Below, piece after piece: positions 52,690-64,000 of a stretch of 64,000 nucleotides of DNA. The stretch lies in the NCBI GenBank assembly GCA_951406725.2, contig OX597823.1, forward strand, positions 92,752,001-92,816,000, written 5' to 3'. Position 1 is the first letter of the stretch. Every line of letters starts with the position of its first letter. The translations under genes were made by a program, and so were the position numbers. This stretch comes from Octopus vulgaris. Its lineage: Eukaryota. Below the pieces are notes generated by a model, which had not been told where the DNA came from, did not search any database, and saw only the letters and a list, made by a program, of their open reading frames with translations.

Positions 52690-52939
52690 ATTAATGTGCA
52701 TGTGGATGGGCACTCGATGACACGTATATTTGTAACGCAGTTCTCTTGGAGATTCAGGGTGACACAGAATGTGACAAGGCTAGCTCTTTGAATTGCTGGT
52801 ACTACACACATTTACCAGCTGAGTGGACTTGGGCAGCGTACTATGAACTGTTTTGCTCAACGACACTACGCCCTTCCGGGGGTTGAACTCACGACTTTAC
52901 GATCGTGAGCCGAATAACTTACATAGTAAGCCATGCGCC
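52690..52939 (-). mobile_element. SINE family C variant
   Basis: gtgacacagaatgtgacaaggct tail, ccagctgagtggac core and tRNA head ...aagccatgcgcc. Confidence 0.7.
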
Positions 52940-53014
<75 letters not shown>

Positions 53015-53042
53015 ACACTCAGACACACATAACACACACATA

Positions 53043-53258
53043 CATTCTTTTACTCTTATCAGTTATTTGGCTGCGGCCATGCTGTGGTATCGCCTGTAGT
53101 CGAATAAATCGACCCCAGGACTTATTCTTTGTAAGCCTAGTACTTATTCTATCGAACTTTTTTGCCGAACTACTAGGTGACGGGGACGTAAACACACCAA
53201 CGCCGGCTGTCAAGCGTTGATGGAGTGACAAACAGACAAGTGGGGACAGGCACACACA
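53043..53258 (-). mobile_element. SINE family A 3' half
   Basis: tcgaccccaggacttattctttgtaagcctagtacttattc. Confidence 0.8.
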
Positions 53259-53262
53259 TATA

Positions 53263-53670
53263 TGCGTCGGAGTGCCTCTGGGGTAAGTAGCTTGCTTACC
53301 AGCCGCATGGTTCCGGGTTCAGTCCCTCTGCGTGGCACCTTGGGCAAGTGTCTTCTACAATGGCCTCGGACCGTCCAAAACATTGTGAGCGGATTTGGTA
53401 GACGGAAACTGAAAGAAGCCTGTCGTATATATATGTGTGCGCGTGTGTATGTGTATGTGTGTGTGTTCTGTGCCTTTTTTTGTCCTCCTACCATCACTTG
53501 ACAACCGATGTGTATTCACGTCGCCATAACTTAGCAGTTTGACAAAAGAATCCGATGGAATAAGTACTAGGCTCACAAATAATAACTCCTGGGGTCGATT
53601 TGTTCGACTAAAAGCACTGCACCAGCATGGCTGCAATCAAATGATTGAAACAAATAAAAGAATAAAAGAA
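53263..53670 (+). mobile_element. SINE family A
   Basis: Head to tail present. Confidence 0.85.
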
Positions 53671-53801
53671 TATATATATATATATGAATGTATGGCGGTG
53701 CCCCAGCATGGCCACAGATCGTGAGCTGAAACTAGATAATATATATATATATGTATGTATGTATATATGTGTATATATATGTGTGTGTATACATATATAT
53801 A

Positions 53802-53852
<51 letters not shown>

Positions 53853-53860
53853 ATAAGTAC

Positions 53861-53893
<33 letters not shown>

Positions 53894-53995
53894 AATTCTG
53901 GGTGAGTACTTGATAATTATAAGCACCTGTGTATACCGTTTGGTGGTGTAGGTGGTGGAGTAAATTGATCAAAAAAACATGATGCCAAGGATTTA

Positions 53996-54073
53996 GCAGT
54001 ACATATGTTTCGGGCCTTTATTAGACAGATTTATAACAATGCATAATGTATGTCTGTGGCCTTCTTCAGCCGC
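53996..54073 (-). ncRNA. Type I hammerhead ribozyme (inverted copy)
   Basis: Same as 55774-55851 with one G-U pair in helix I. Confidence 0.85.
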
Positions 54074-55773
54074 GCACAACAGCTTCCACAAGGACATGTG
54101 TTACATCAAAAATTCTTGGTTGGGGATGCAAATCCTCTCATTCGCGTACGACATAATGCGGCAACAGCATACAATTGAAGCGTCCATCTCTTTCTTCTCT
54201 CAATGTAGAATGAGGAAATTTGGATGTTGAAGTAATGTAAATAAATTAATAAATAAATACATATATAGACGTGAAGGAACCTGGTAATAAGAGTAAATAG
54301 AGGTAAAGATGGAGGGGCGAGAATTCAGGACGAAGGATAAAAAATATATAAAAAGTGTAAGTATAGAAAAATATAAAAATGTAGAGTATAAAGATATAAA
54401 GAGATATAAGGAGATACGTCTGGGTGTGCATACCCCGTTACTCTTCTTTAATAATTTTTAAAAATTTCTTACATGTTTTTTTACATTTTTTTACATGTTT
54501 TCGCAGATTTCTTATATGCATATGTTTACACAATTTTGTATACATCTTTTAATATCTTATAGCTATACCTATACGCGCGTATGTCTATGTGTGTGTATGT
54601 AAGTGTATATGTACACGCACATATGGACACACAGCCGTGTGTGCGTGCACGTGTAGACGTGAGTGCGTGATTCTTTACATGCGTTCTTATATACATCTTT
54701 TAATATCTTATATCTAAACCTGTATGTGTGGGCATCCGTGTGTGTGTATGTAAGGATGGACGTACGTATGTATATATGGGTGTGTGTATATGCGTATGTA
54801 TGTATAGGTATACATGTGCATATATGTATGCATGTGTGTATGTGTATATGTATATGTGTATGTGCGTGTGTGTGTATATATGTATTTATATATATATATG
54901 TACACGTATAATGTCCGTGTATATATACGCATATTCTGTTGTATGTATGTATATATGCGCATGTGTGTGGGTGTATATGTGTTTCTGTACATGTTTACAC
55001 GTGAGTACGTATGTATGCTTATATGCTTGGAGCTGTGTATGCGCGCGTATATGTGCGCGTGTATATGGGTGTATGTATCCATGCTGGTATGTATGTACAA
55101 GATGACCACTTAATTCAAGGAACTAGATTAGCTGCTCAACAGCTCTGATTTACAATACACTAGGTCCCCAGATGCCCCTGTTGATTTATTGACACCCAAA
55201 ACTTCTACAACTAAATTTTGTCATTTTCCTTACCACCATGTTTGGTCCGTAACCACTATACATCCCTTATCCTTATATTTTTTTACATTTTTTATCATTT
55301 TTATTCCTATTTTTATTCCTATTTTTATTTTTTTACTTTTATTTCTATTTCTATTTTTACTTTATAACTTTATACCTTTATATTCATTTATATTTTTTAT
55401 ATTCTGTATATCTTCTTTATATCCCCTTTATATCTCCTTATATCTCTTTATATCTTTATACTCTCCATTTTTATATTTTTCTATACTTACACTTTTTATA
55501 TATTTTTTATCCTTCGTCCTGAATTCTCGCCCCTCCATCTTTACCCCTATTTACTCTTATTACCAGGTTCCTTCACGTCTATATATGTATTTATTTATTA
55601 ATTTATTTACATTACTTCAACATCCAAATTTCCTCATTCTACATTGAGAGAAGAAAGAGATGGACGCTTCAATTGTATGCTGTTGCCGCATTATGTCGTA
55701 CGCGAATGAGAGGATTTGCATCCCCAACCAAGAATTTTTGATGTAACACATGTCCTTGTGGAAGCTGTTGTGC

Positions 55774-55851
55774 GCGGCTGAAGAAGGCCACAGACATACA
55801 TTATGCATTGTTATAAATCTGTCTAATAAAGGCCCGAAACATATGTACCGC
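55774..55851 (+). ncRNA. Intact type I hammerhead ribozyme
   Basis: gcgg CUGAAGA a ggcc acaga...ucugu..ggcc c GAAA cauaug UA ccgc. Predicted cleavage is after A55847. Confidence 0.88.
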
Positions 55852-55881
55852 TGAATCCTTGGCATCATGTTTTTTTTATCA

Positions 55882-55914
<33 letters not shown>

Positions 55915-55917
55915 GAC

Positions 55918-56078
55918 ACACGATGGGCTTCTTTCTGTTTCTGCCTACCAAATCCACTCACAAGGCTTTGGTCGTCCCGATAAAATAGTAAAAGACACTT
56001 GCCCAAAATGTCACACAGTGGAACTGTACTCGTGTCTATGTCAATGGGAAGCAAGCTTCTTACCACAAAGTCACGCGT
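55918..56078 (-). mobile_element. SINE family A 5' half
   Basis: ctaccaaatccactcacaaggctttggtcg...gacacttgccc. Confidence 0.75.
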
Positions 56079-56324
56079 GTATGCCATAAAGTCTGCAAAT
56101 CTAACGGAGGCGTCAAAAGACATTTCAAGATCCACAAAGATCAGAACTTAACTGCAGTTCTTGGAGGTCCAAATCGCATAATATATGAGTGTTTTTTCAG
56201 CACATTGTCTGGTTTTAGAAAGCTACAACAGATGCCATGACGGATCTAAGGAGTAGGTACAAGAGGTGGTCACACTCCTGCATGAGGAGTAGACAACCGC
56301 CATATATGTATATATATATTTATA

Positions 56325-56432
56325 TAAAATTATAAATTAGGGTATCTATGATATACCACCATGCTGAAAATAGCAGCCATGATCTATTTTCGGCATGGTG
56401 GTATCTCGTAGATACCCTAATTTATAATTTTA
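56325..56432. repeat. Inverted repeat, 49-bp arms, 10-nt loop
   Basis: taaaattataaattagggtatcta.ga.ataccaccatgc.gaaaatag / ctattttcggcatggtggtatctcgtagataccctaatttataatttta. Confidence 0.9.
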
Positions 56433-56811
56433 ATAATTATTACCTTTGAAGGTTATTTTTTCCATGCTGGCCACTTGATAAAATTGTTATTTTATTTTAA
56501 GTTAATGATCTTATCCTTATTTATATAAATATATATTTATATATGTGTGTGAATGTATATTTTGTAATTAATGGTCACAATCGATGAATTTAAGCGCTAG
56601 TAAGAGTTTCATTTGTCGAGAAATACTCAAACATATCCTTCAGGTGCAAAAAACATAAAACGAACTAAAGAATAATTGAATAATAGAAGACATGCGAAAG
56701 AACTGAGAAGTGAGCATATAGAAAACGTAAAGTAAAAAAAAAATGGAAAACGGAAAACAAAAGCACGAAAACTATATTTAAAAAAGAAAAATTATAAAAA
56801 GTAAAATATAA

Positions 56812-57222
56812 GGCGCAGGAGTGGCTGTGTGGTAAGTAGCTTGCTAACCAACCACATGGTCCCGGGTTCAGTCCCACTGCGTGGCATCTTGGGCAAGTGT
56901 CTTCTGCTATAGCCCCGGGCCGACCAATGCCTTGTGAGTGGATTTGGTAGACGGAAACTGAAAGAAGCCTGTCGTATATATATATATATATATGTGTGTG
57001 TGTTTGTGTGTCTGTGTTTGTCCCCCTAGCATTGCTTGACAACCGATGCTGGTGTGTTTACGTCCCAGTCACTTAGCGGTTCGGCAAAAAAGAGACCGAT
57101 AGAATAAGTACTGGGCTTACAAAGAATAAGTCCCGGGGTCGAATTGCTCGATTAAAGGCGGTGCTCCAGCATGGCCGCAGTCAAATGACTGAAACAAGAG
57201 AAAGAGAGAAAGAGAAAAGAGA
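56812..57222 (+). mobile_element. SINE family A, well preserved full length
   Basis: ggcgcaggagtggctgtgtggtaag...gggttcagtccc...cagtcaaatgactgaaacaag plus (AAAGAG)-like tail. Confidence 0.9.
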
Positions 57223-57586
57223 ATAAGACACAAACAGTAAAAAGGGGAAAATGCTATCCTCCTTAGATGTTAAATAATAAAGCTGGAAAGATATCAAGTG
57301 AGTCAGGAATAGGCGGAATATTTCAATTCTCTAAAACTATTTATACGTAATTCTCGCAAACATTGAAACTTTCTGACCTTGAGTTCAATACAGAGTTAGA
57401 AATCTTAGATCTGAACTGGATCTACGCTCTGTCATCTAAACAAAGCTTACATTTATTTGATCCATTCACATAAGGTATGAGCTTCTCAGTTACTTGCCAT
57501 TTAATTATGCGTCAAAGTCTATACAGAGAGAGACAGATAAACAGACTGACATACAGGTAGACAAATAAACAGAAAGAAAGACAGAC

Positions 57587-57638
<52 letters not shown>

Positions 57639-57947
57639 TGACAGATAGACGTATATACGTATATCTATGAAAACATATATGTATATATAATGTATGTGTG
57701 TATGTATATACGTATGTATGTTTAAATCATTTAATAAACACGATTCATATGTGAGCTATTATAAATCAATTTTCACGGTCCAATCTTGTGTTTATGAAAT
57801 GATATTTATGTTTACATGGAATGCTGTTTGCTGACCCGACCTATAACGGACGTGTACACTAGAAATATGCGCACGCCCACGCACACACACTCAGATATCG
57901 TTGGCATCATACGTATTTATAAACTTCAAGAAATAACAAGAAATAAC

Positions 57948-58024
57948 GGTGCCACGCAATGGGACTGAACCCGGATCATGTGGCTGGGAAGCAAGCTTTT
58001 TACTCCATAGCCACTCCTGCACCT
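57948..58024 (-). mobile_element. SINE family A head fragment
   Basis: ggtgccacgcaatgggactgaaccc...agccactcctgcacc. Confidence 0.75.
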
Positions 58025-58037
58025 ATAAATATATATA

Positions 58038-59335
58038 TCAGGTTATTTTCAATGAAATGTCCGATTTTCTTTTGCGCCAAGTTTGACAGTCGTTAACTCT
58101 AATGTTTTTTTTTCCTGAAAATTCTTTGTTTTACTACATTGAAGAGTTACATCATCACTTTTTGAAACGCAATTCATGGTGTCTCATTATATTGTGAGTT
58201 TTCTCTTGTAAATCAATTTTTGTGAACCCATGGATAGATGAAAAAAAATTCTTCTTGTTTATGAATATGAGTTCCGTCGTTGAACCAACGCATCCCAAAG
58301 AGTTCAAAATATCAATACGGTGTTTGGTGAAGATGTGGCAAATAAGTGCACTGTTCGTCGATGGTTTGAGAAGCGCCAGTCTGGTGACTTTACTTTTGAA
58401 AATCAGCCCCGTGGTAGACCTGAAACCAAGGTGGATAATGATGAGATGGAAACTATAGTTGAAGCGAACACATCTCAAACCAAGCGTGAGTTAGCAGCAA
58501 GGTTTGATGTTTCAATTCCAACTGTATTGTACCTGTTGAAACAAATCAGCAAATTAAAGGAGCTGGACAAATGAGTACCACAAGAACAGAACGAGCGTCA
58601 AATGACACGCCATCTTGAAACTTGCTGTCATCGCATAAAAGCGACCATTTTTGCATCGTATTGTTACCAATGATGAAAATGAATTCTTTTCAACAATAGC
58701 AAGCATTCTCAAGATGTGTGGTTGGATAGAGACGAAGTACCAAAACACAATTCAAAACAGGATATTCACCAAAAAATGCTAATTCCAGTGCTGGTGTCAT
58801 CCACTACAGCTTCACGAGACCCAGTAAGTCATTTGCAGCGGATGTATCCATCAACCAATTGGATGAAATGATGAGTGAAGTTGAAATTAAACAACTGAGA
58901 TTGGTCAATAGAGACAGGCCATTTCTCTTGCAAGCATTGTTCGACCACATGTTGCACAGAAAAAGCTACTCAAGTTACAGGAACTGAACTTGGAAGTACT
59001 CTGTCATCCATCATATTCACCACACCTTGCACCAACTGACTATCATGTTTTCCAGGTATTAGATAACTTTATGCAATAAAAGAAAAATCTTCAAATCTGA
59101 AGAAAATGCATAAACGGCCTTTCATGAAATCTGAAAAAGATGCAAGAACAGACTTTCGTGATTTCATCCCCTCTTGGTCTCCAGAATTCTTCACTGCCAG
59201 CATAAATAAGTTACCGATAGAAGGGCAAAATTGTGTTGATAATTTAGGTGCATAACTTGATGAACTGCATTGCTTTTTGTTGAGATAAAATAAACTTTCA
59301 GTTCAAAATCTGACATTTCATTCCTAATGACCTGA
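58038..59335 (+). mobile_element. Full-length defective mariner (DD34D-type, Hsmar1/SETMAR-like)
   Basis: TA|tcaggttattttcaatgaaatgtccgattt ... aaatctgacatttcattcctaatgacctga|TA, about 1.3 kb. Confidence 0.9.
58230..59260 (+). pseudogene. Mariner transposase pseudogene
   Basis: TVRRWF....GDFTFENQPRGRP, ELAARFDVS, LDK*VP (WVPH-like), RIVTNDE, HPSYSPHLAPTDYHVF, with stops and frameshifts. Confidence 0.88.
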
Positions 59336-59378
59336 TATACTGATATATATATATATATATATATATGCATGTATGTGT

Positions 59379-59423
<45 letters not shown>

Positions 59424-59436
59424 TGTATGTATGTGT

Positions 59437-59495
<59 letters not shown>

Positions 59496-59505
59496 CGTGT
59501 GTATG

Positions 59506-59553
<48 letters not shown>

Positions 59554-61871
59554 CGTGCGTGTGTGTGTTTTAATGTATGGATGTATGTATAATGGTGTGC
59601 GTGATCTTCTTTATCTTTCTCTTTTGGTTGCTCAAAACGTTACTGGAATTATAAGTGATAATGAAGAATAGAGGGGAATGGAATATTCCAGATATTCTAG
59701 AAGCGATATGTGAGAAATATATTCTAAAAGCTGTTAATCTTCAATTTTATCAGCTCTTTCAATTCTGAACATATTTACAACTGCATTTGCGTAAATTTTG
59801 CGACGCATTGCTAACTAGAATTGTTGGAAGTTGCAAAAATTACCGTGATATTCACTGTATATTTTTAGAAATATACCGTATTGAATAATGTAGGTACCAA
59901 TACCCAAATGAGGCAAGATGGCCAAGGTCGAATATCATTCATGATAGATCGATATAGACTACCGAAAACTGATTAAACACCAATCATACCCTTCGTTTGT
60001 CACAAGATGAAATAAAGTTTTGAGGATTGGGTAATGATTTTTCTTTCTTCTGGCAGGTTTAATCCAACATGGTTTGATTAAATGTATACCTAAGGCTAGA
60101 TCTAAACTCAGCATAGAGAAAGGAGAGGTAAAAGGTAAATACAACCTCTGGACATTACTGTTTGAAGTCCTAAGACTTATAGGGCATTCACTCGGTTTCC
60201 ATGGCCTAGAAGCGACGGAGGTAAGAATATCCACTGAGCATGACGCAATCCGATTGCAGGCTTAATCATTTATAGCAGGTGGAGGTGGAGGTACAAGAGG
60301 TGTTTTGGCGAAGAACATGCTACACTCGCGGTTCCGGGAATGAGAAACACGAATATGTGTTTGGGAGTGCGATATAAGTCACAAAAATGTTTGCGAAGGC
60401 AAGATATACCATACCCCATCGACATTTGTATGGTCGAGCAGCTGCTTCAGAACCCAGTGACAGTGCCTTTAAGAGCTGTACAAGACTGCTTCTTCACAGA
60501 AGAAAACCGTGCTTAGTATCGGTTAGTTAATCATTTTCTTCTAAGACCGTTATCAGTTCCCTTCTCATAATTCGTTCTATAATTTTACTGATATGGAAAC
60601 TCAGAGAGAGAGAGAGGGGGAGAGAAAGAGAGAGAGAGAGAGGGGGAGAGAGAGAAAGAGAGGGTTTGTATTTTCTAGTATCCGCTCTAATCCTGCCGCC
60701 ATATATAGAGTATATGATTGAATATATATATGCATACATTCATATAAACGTAGAGGAATTTTTCTTTTTTTTTCTTCTGAAAGACAAAAAATCTCAGATA
60801 TAGAAAGAGGCTTCGATATGACTTACATTGACTGAAGCGTAGGTGGATTGTTCTAACAAAGAATGTCTGCTTTCTCTAAATTATGGACAAATATGTTTTT
60901 TTCGGAGGTGCTGTATTAATTAAGGAAAGCGGACTTACTTTTTCTAATTATTTGATCTATAAAATAAATACACACACACGCACACAGAAGGATAAGATAC
61001 AAAACTGTATAACACGCAAGCTGAAGGAACTGTGAGTCGATGTAAATACCTAAGAGGGGTTGGCTTTGGAAAGATATAAGCGGAGAAAACGTAAATATGT
61101 AGTGGATGTTATGGAACTTAGGTAGATAGTCGCCTTGGGCGCAAAATTCTCAGGCATTGATTTCGGAAGTGCTGTCATTAGATCGTGCATGATCGTATAA
61201 AGCGCTATGGTCACGCAATGCGTGCGTTTGGTACTATCTACAGATGGGTATGCCAACTATTTCACGTTCCATGGAAGCCCAAAGGCATGTTGCTTCCTCT
61301 CTCATGGACCAGTTGATTGCACGTGTGTAATATGCGGAAAAGTATGGAAGTACACACTAGGTCTTTGTTGTATAATCTACCACAAAGTTGTCCGATCAAT
61401 CACCTATCGTCAAAGCATGCACAACTGCAGCAGGAACGAATAGTCATGTGAAAGATCATGGACGAAAAGTCAAACATAACATGGGCAAAAAGGTATCACG
61501 GGAAATTAGAATAATCCGTGAAGTTGGAGCAATCATCATGCTTGCATGTATAAAGGAAAGAAATTTAAGTAATATTTTGCCTCGATTTCAATCCATTATC
61601 TTAATATCCCTGAAATGCAAATCGGTTATTACTGTTATTCGTTTTGTATGTGTGTGTGTGTTTTTGTTTTCGTTGTCATCGTTGTGGTGGTTGTTATTAT
61701 TGAACTTTGGATGATAAGCGTGTCCAAATTTTTGGTTGACTGTTCTTGTTTATCGCAGTAATTTTATCTTCAACTATAATGCTTAACGCATGCTCCCTGT
61801 CGTCCAGCCACTAGAGTTCAATACGTATGTTTTTCATGTACTATCATCATCGTCGTCGTCGTCCTCATTGA

Positions 61872-61910
<39 letters not shown>

Positions 61911-62204
61911 TAAACAGTCGGATGACTGAACAGACCAGACGTTCATGTTTGTTACAGCTATACACGTAATATCACATTCGAAGAAGAAAATATCAACTTT
62001 CAAGCAAAAAATATATATATGTATCCATCCATCCATCCATCCATACATACGTCCATACATCCATCCATCCATCCATCCATCCATCCATTCATCCATACAT
62101 ACATACATACATACATACATGCATGCATTCACACATATTTATATACATATATACGTATATATTTATACATATATATATGCATGTGTGTGTATATTTATAT
62201 ATAC

Positions 62205-62560
62205 TCTTTACTCTTTTACTCTTTTACTTGTTTCAGTCATTTGACTGCAGCCATGCTGGAGCACCGCCTTTAGTCGAGCAAATCGACCCCGGGACTTATT
62301 CTTTGTAAGCCCAGTACTTATTTTATCGGCGTCTTTTGCCGCACCGCTAAGTGACGGGGACGTAAACACACCAGCATCGGTTGTCAAACAATATATATGA
62401 CAGGCTTCTTTCAGTTTCCGTCTACCAAATCCACTCACAAGGCATTGGTCGGACCGGGGCTATAGCAGAAGACACTTGCCCAAGATGCCACGCAGTGGGA
62501 CTGAACCCGGAACCATGTGGTTGGTTAGCAAGCTACTTACCACACAGCCACTCCTGCGCC
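62205..62560 (-). mobile_element. SINE family A
   Basis: Near reverse complement of 56812-57222 with an internal deletion. Confidence 0.88.
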
Positions 62561-63804
62561 ATATCTATAAATATAAATATACATATGTATGCATGCACAC
62601 ACACACACCTATTTGTTGTCGTAACTGAACCTCATATACCACCCCTAGAGATCTCGGACGCCAAAAATCAGGGGCCACGAAGAAGACTGCTCGTTGGCTC
62701 AATTCCTTTGCCAACACTCTTATAGGTCAGACAGCATTTATGAAGCAAGCTCTTTCACTCTCTACTCTCTCCTTTTCACATACGTGTTGCCATGCTCCAT
62801 GATAATGTCGTTGTTATTGTTATTATCGATGTTGTTTTTGTCAAAAAAAAAAAAGATTACTCTATTTCGCTTTGTTTAAATTGATTCGTACTTTAAATAC
62901 TGAATTAAACTTTTATATATATTTTTCGTTCATATTTGAAGGTTGGTATAAATGACTAAAACAGGGAGGCAAATGGACTAAATAATAAAAGCTTTAGAAT
63001 ATTTTATCTCGTCTATTTACGACCTGACTTCAAATACAGCTTGGGTTGCCATTATCCTTTTATCTCGTCGGTGTAGTTAAAATAAGTTCCATTATTCTCT
63101 TGCAATCGATCTGGTCGATTATGACACTCTTCTGAAAGTATATATAGCTTTGTAGCTATGAAAGTATCGATATATTTGAATGCGTAAAATATATTTCAAT
63201 TGTTAATATTTCGATTTTTTGGCGACATTTTAAATCTGTTATTTTTTTTCTTTTACAGTAAATATATATATAACTATTCACCAAAACCTGAAGCTGTTAC
63301 TGTTTCACTTTATATTTCATGAGTTTCACACCTCCACTCACAACAACGCTCGATTTATAGAAATCTGTTAAGCTTCTTAACAGTGTGAGCCATACATCCA
63401 CCTGTTTGCATGAATACCAACGTGGTCTTTTTTTGTATTTTTTCCTTTTCTATTTTACATTCTCTGAATACATTTATTTTCTTTCAGATTGATCTTTCTG
63501 CGAACGATTTCGTTCAACAACTAACCAATAAATATTACTGTCACAGCCACAATATCAGGGAAAGACTTCATGCTTTAGGAAATGAAACACCCCACCCACC
63601 TCGATCATTTTAATTAAATCGGACAATCCAAACATTATGTTTCCCTTTGACACTACAATCAACAAAATGTTTAACTAACGCTAAAATCTAAAATTAGTAA
63701 GTCTTGAAGGAATGACACTGCCCCCAAATCAGCCAAAAAATCTTTCCTAATAACAATGATCATAATAATAATGATGATGATGATAATGACTATCATTATT
63801 ATTA

Positions 63805-64000
63805 TTATTGAGTGAGAGAGCAGTGCATGCCATCAAAGTGACACTGGGGTAAAATATACGAAGCCCAATATACCCATCGTGACTACCCGTCTGATAAAGG
63901 TACACCAGGCACATGCATCACAACCATATGTGCGCGACATGGTGATCTCATATCAGGATAAACTGCACATGACCTTGCAGGTGGAGCCCAGTTAGAATTT
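63805..64000 (-). mobile_element. 3' end of the (AAT)n-tailed retroposon seen at 11141-11705
   Basis: gagtgagagagcagtgcatgcc...gaccttgcagg is the reverse complement of about 11480-11650. It runs off the window. Confidence 0.8.

Larger units (their letters stand above)
53965..55881 (+). mobile_element. Non-autonomous PLE with about 450-bp inverted pLTRs, each with an HHR
   Basis: About 53965-54415 is nearly the reverse complement of about 55430-55881. The interior is low-complexity and non-coding. Confidence 0.85.

Overview
AT-rich animal genomic DNA with dense microsatellites ((TA)n, (CA)n, (AAT)n, (GATA)n). The SINE families and repeat profile suggest a cephalopod (Octopus-like) intron or intergenic region; that assignment is inference. 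I can support no complete host gene, only a few candidate minus-strand exons. Nearly all listed ORFs are microsatellite or SINE artefacts. The window is a mosaic of mobile elements: three tRNA-derived SINE families, fragments of Tx1/L1, R4/Dong, RTE and CR1 LINEs, DD41D and DD34D-type Tc1/mariner copies, and MITEs, including a 785-bp foldback with telomere-like repeats. It also holds many Penelope-like element (PLE) traces: two GIY-YIG-coding 3' fragments and several distinct non-coding families carrying minimal type I hammerhead ribozymes (HHR), often as inverted pairs. The strongest candidates for something new are (i) a tRNA-headed, HHR-tailed SINE-like element with a PLE-type inversion, (ii) a 361-bp structured, HHR-less unit in tandem plus inverted arrangement whose RNA fold recurs with compensatory changes in two diverged elements at 38.4 and 39.2 kb, and (iii) SINE multimers with a fixed tail-to-body junction. 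Repeat boundaries were read by eye and may be off by 10-20 bp.
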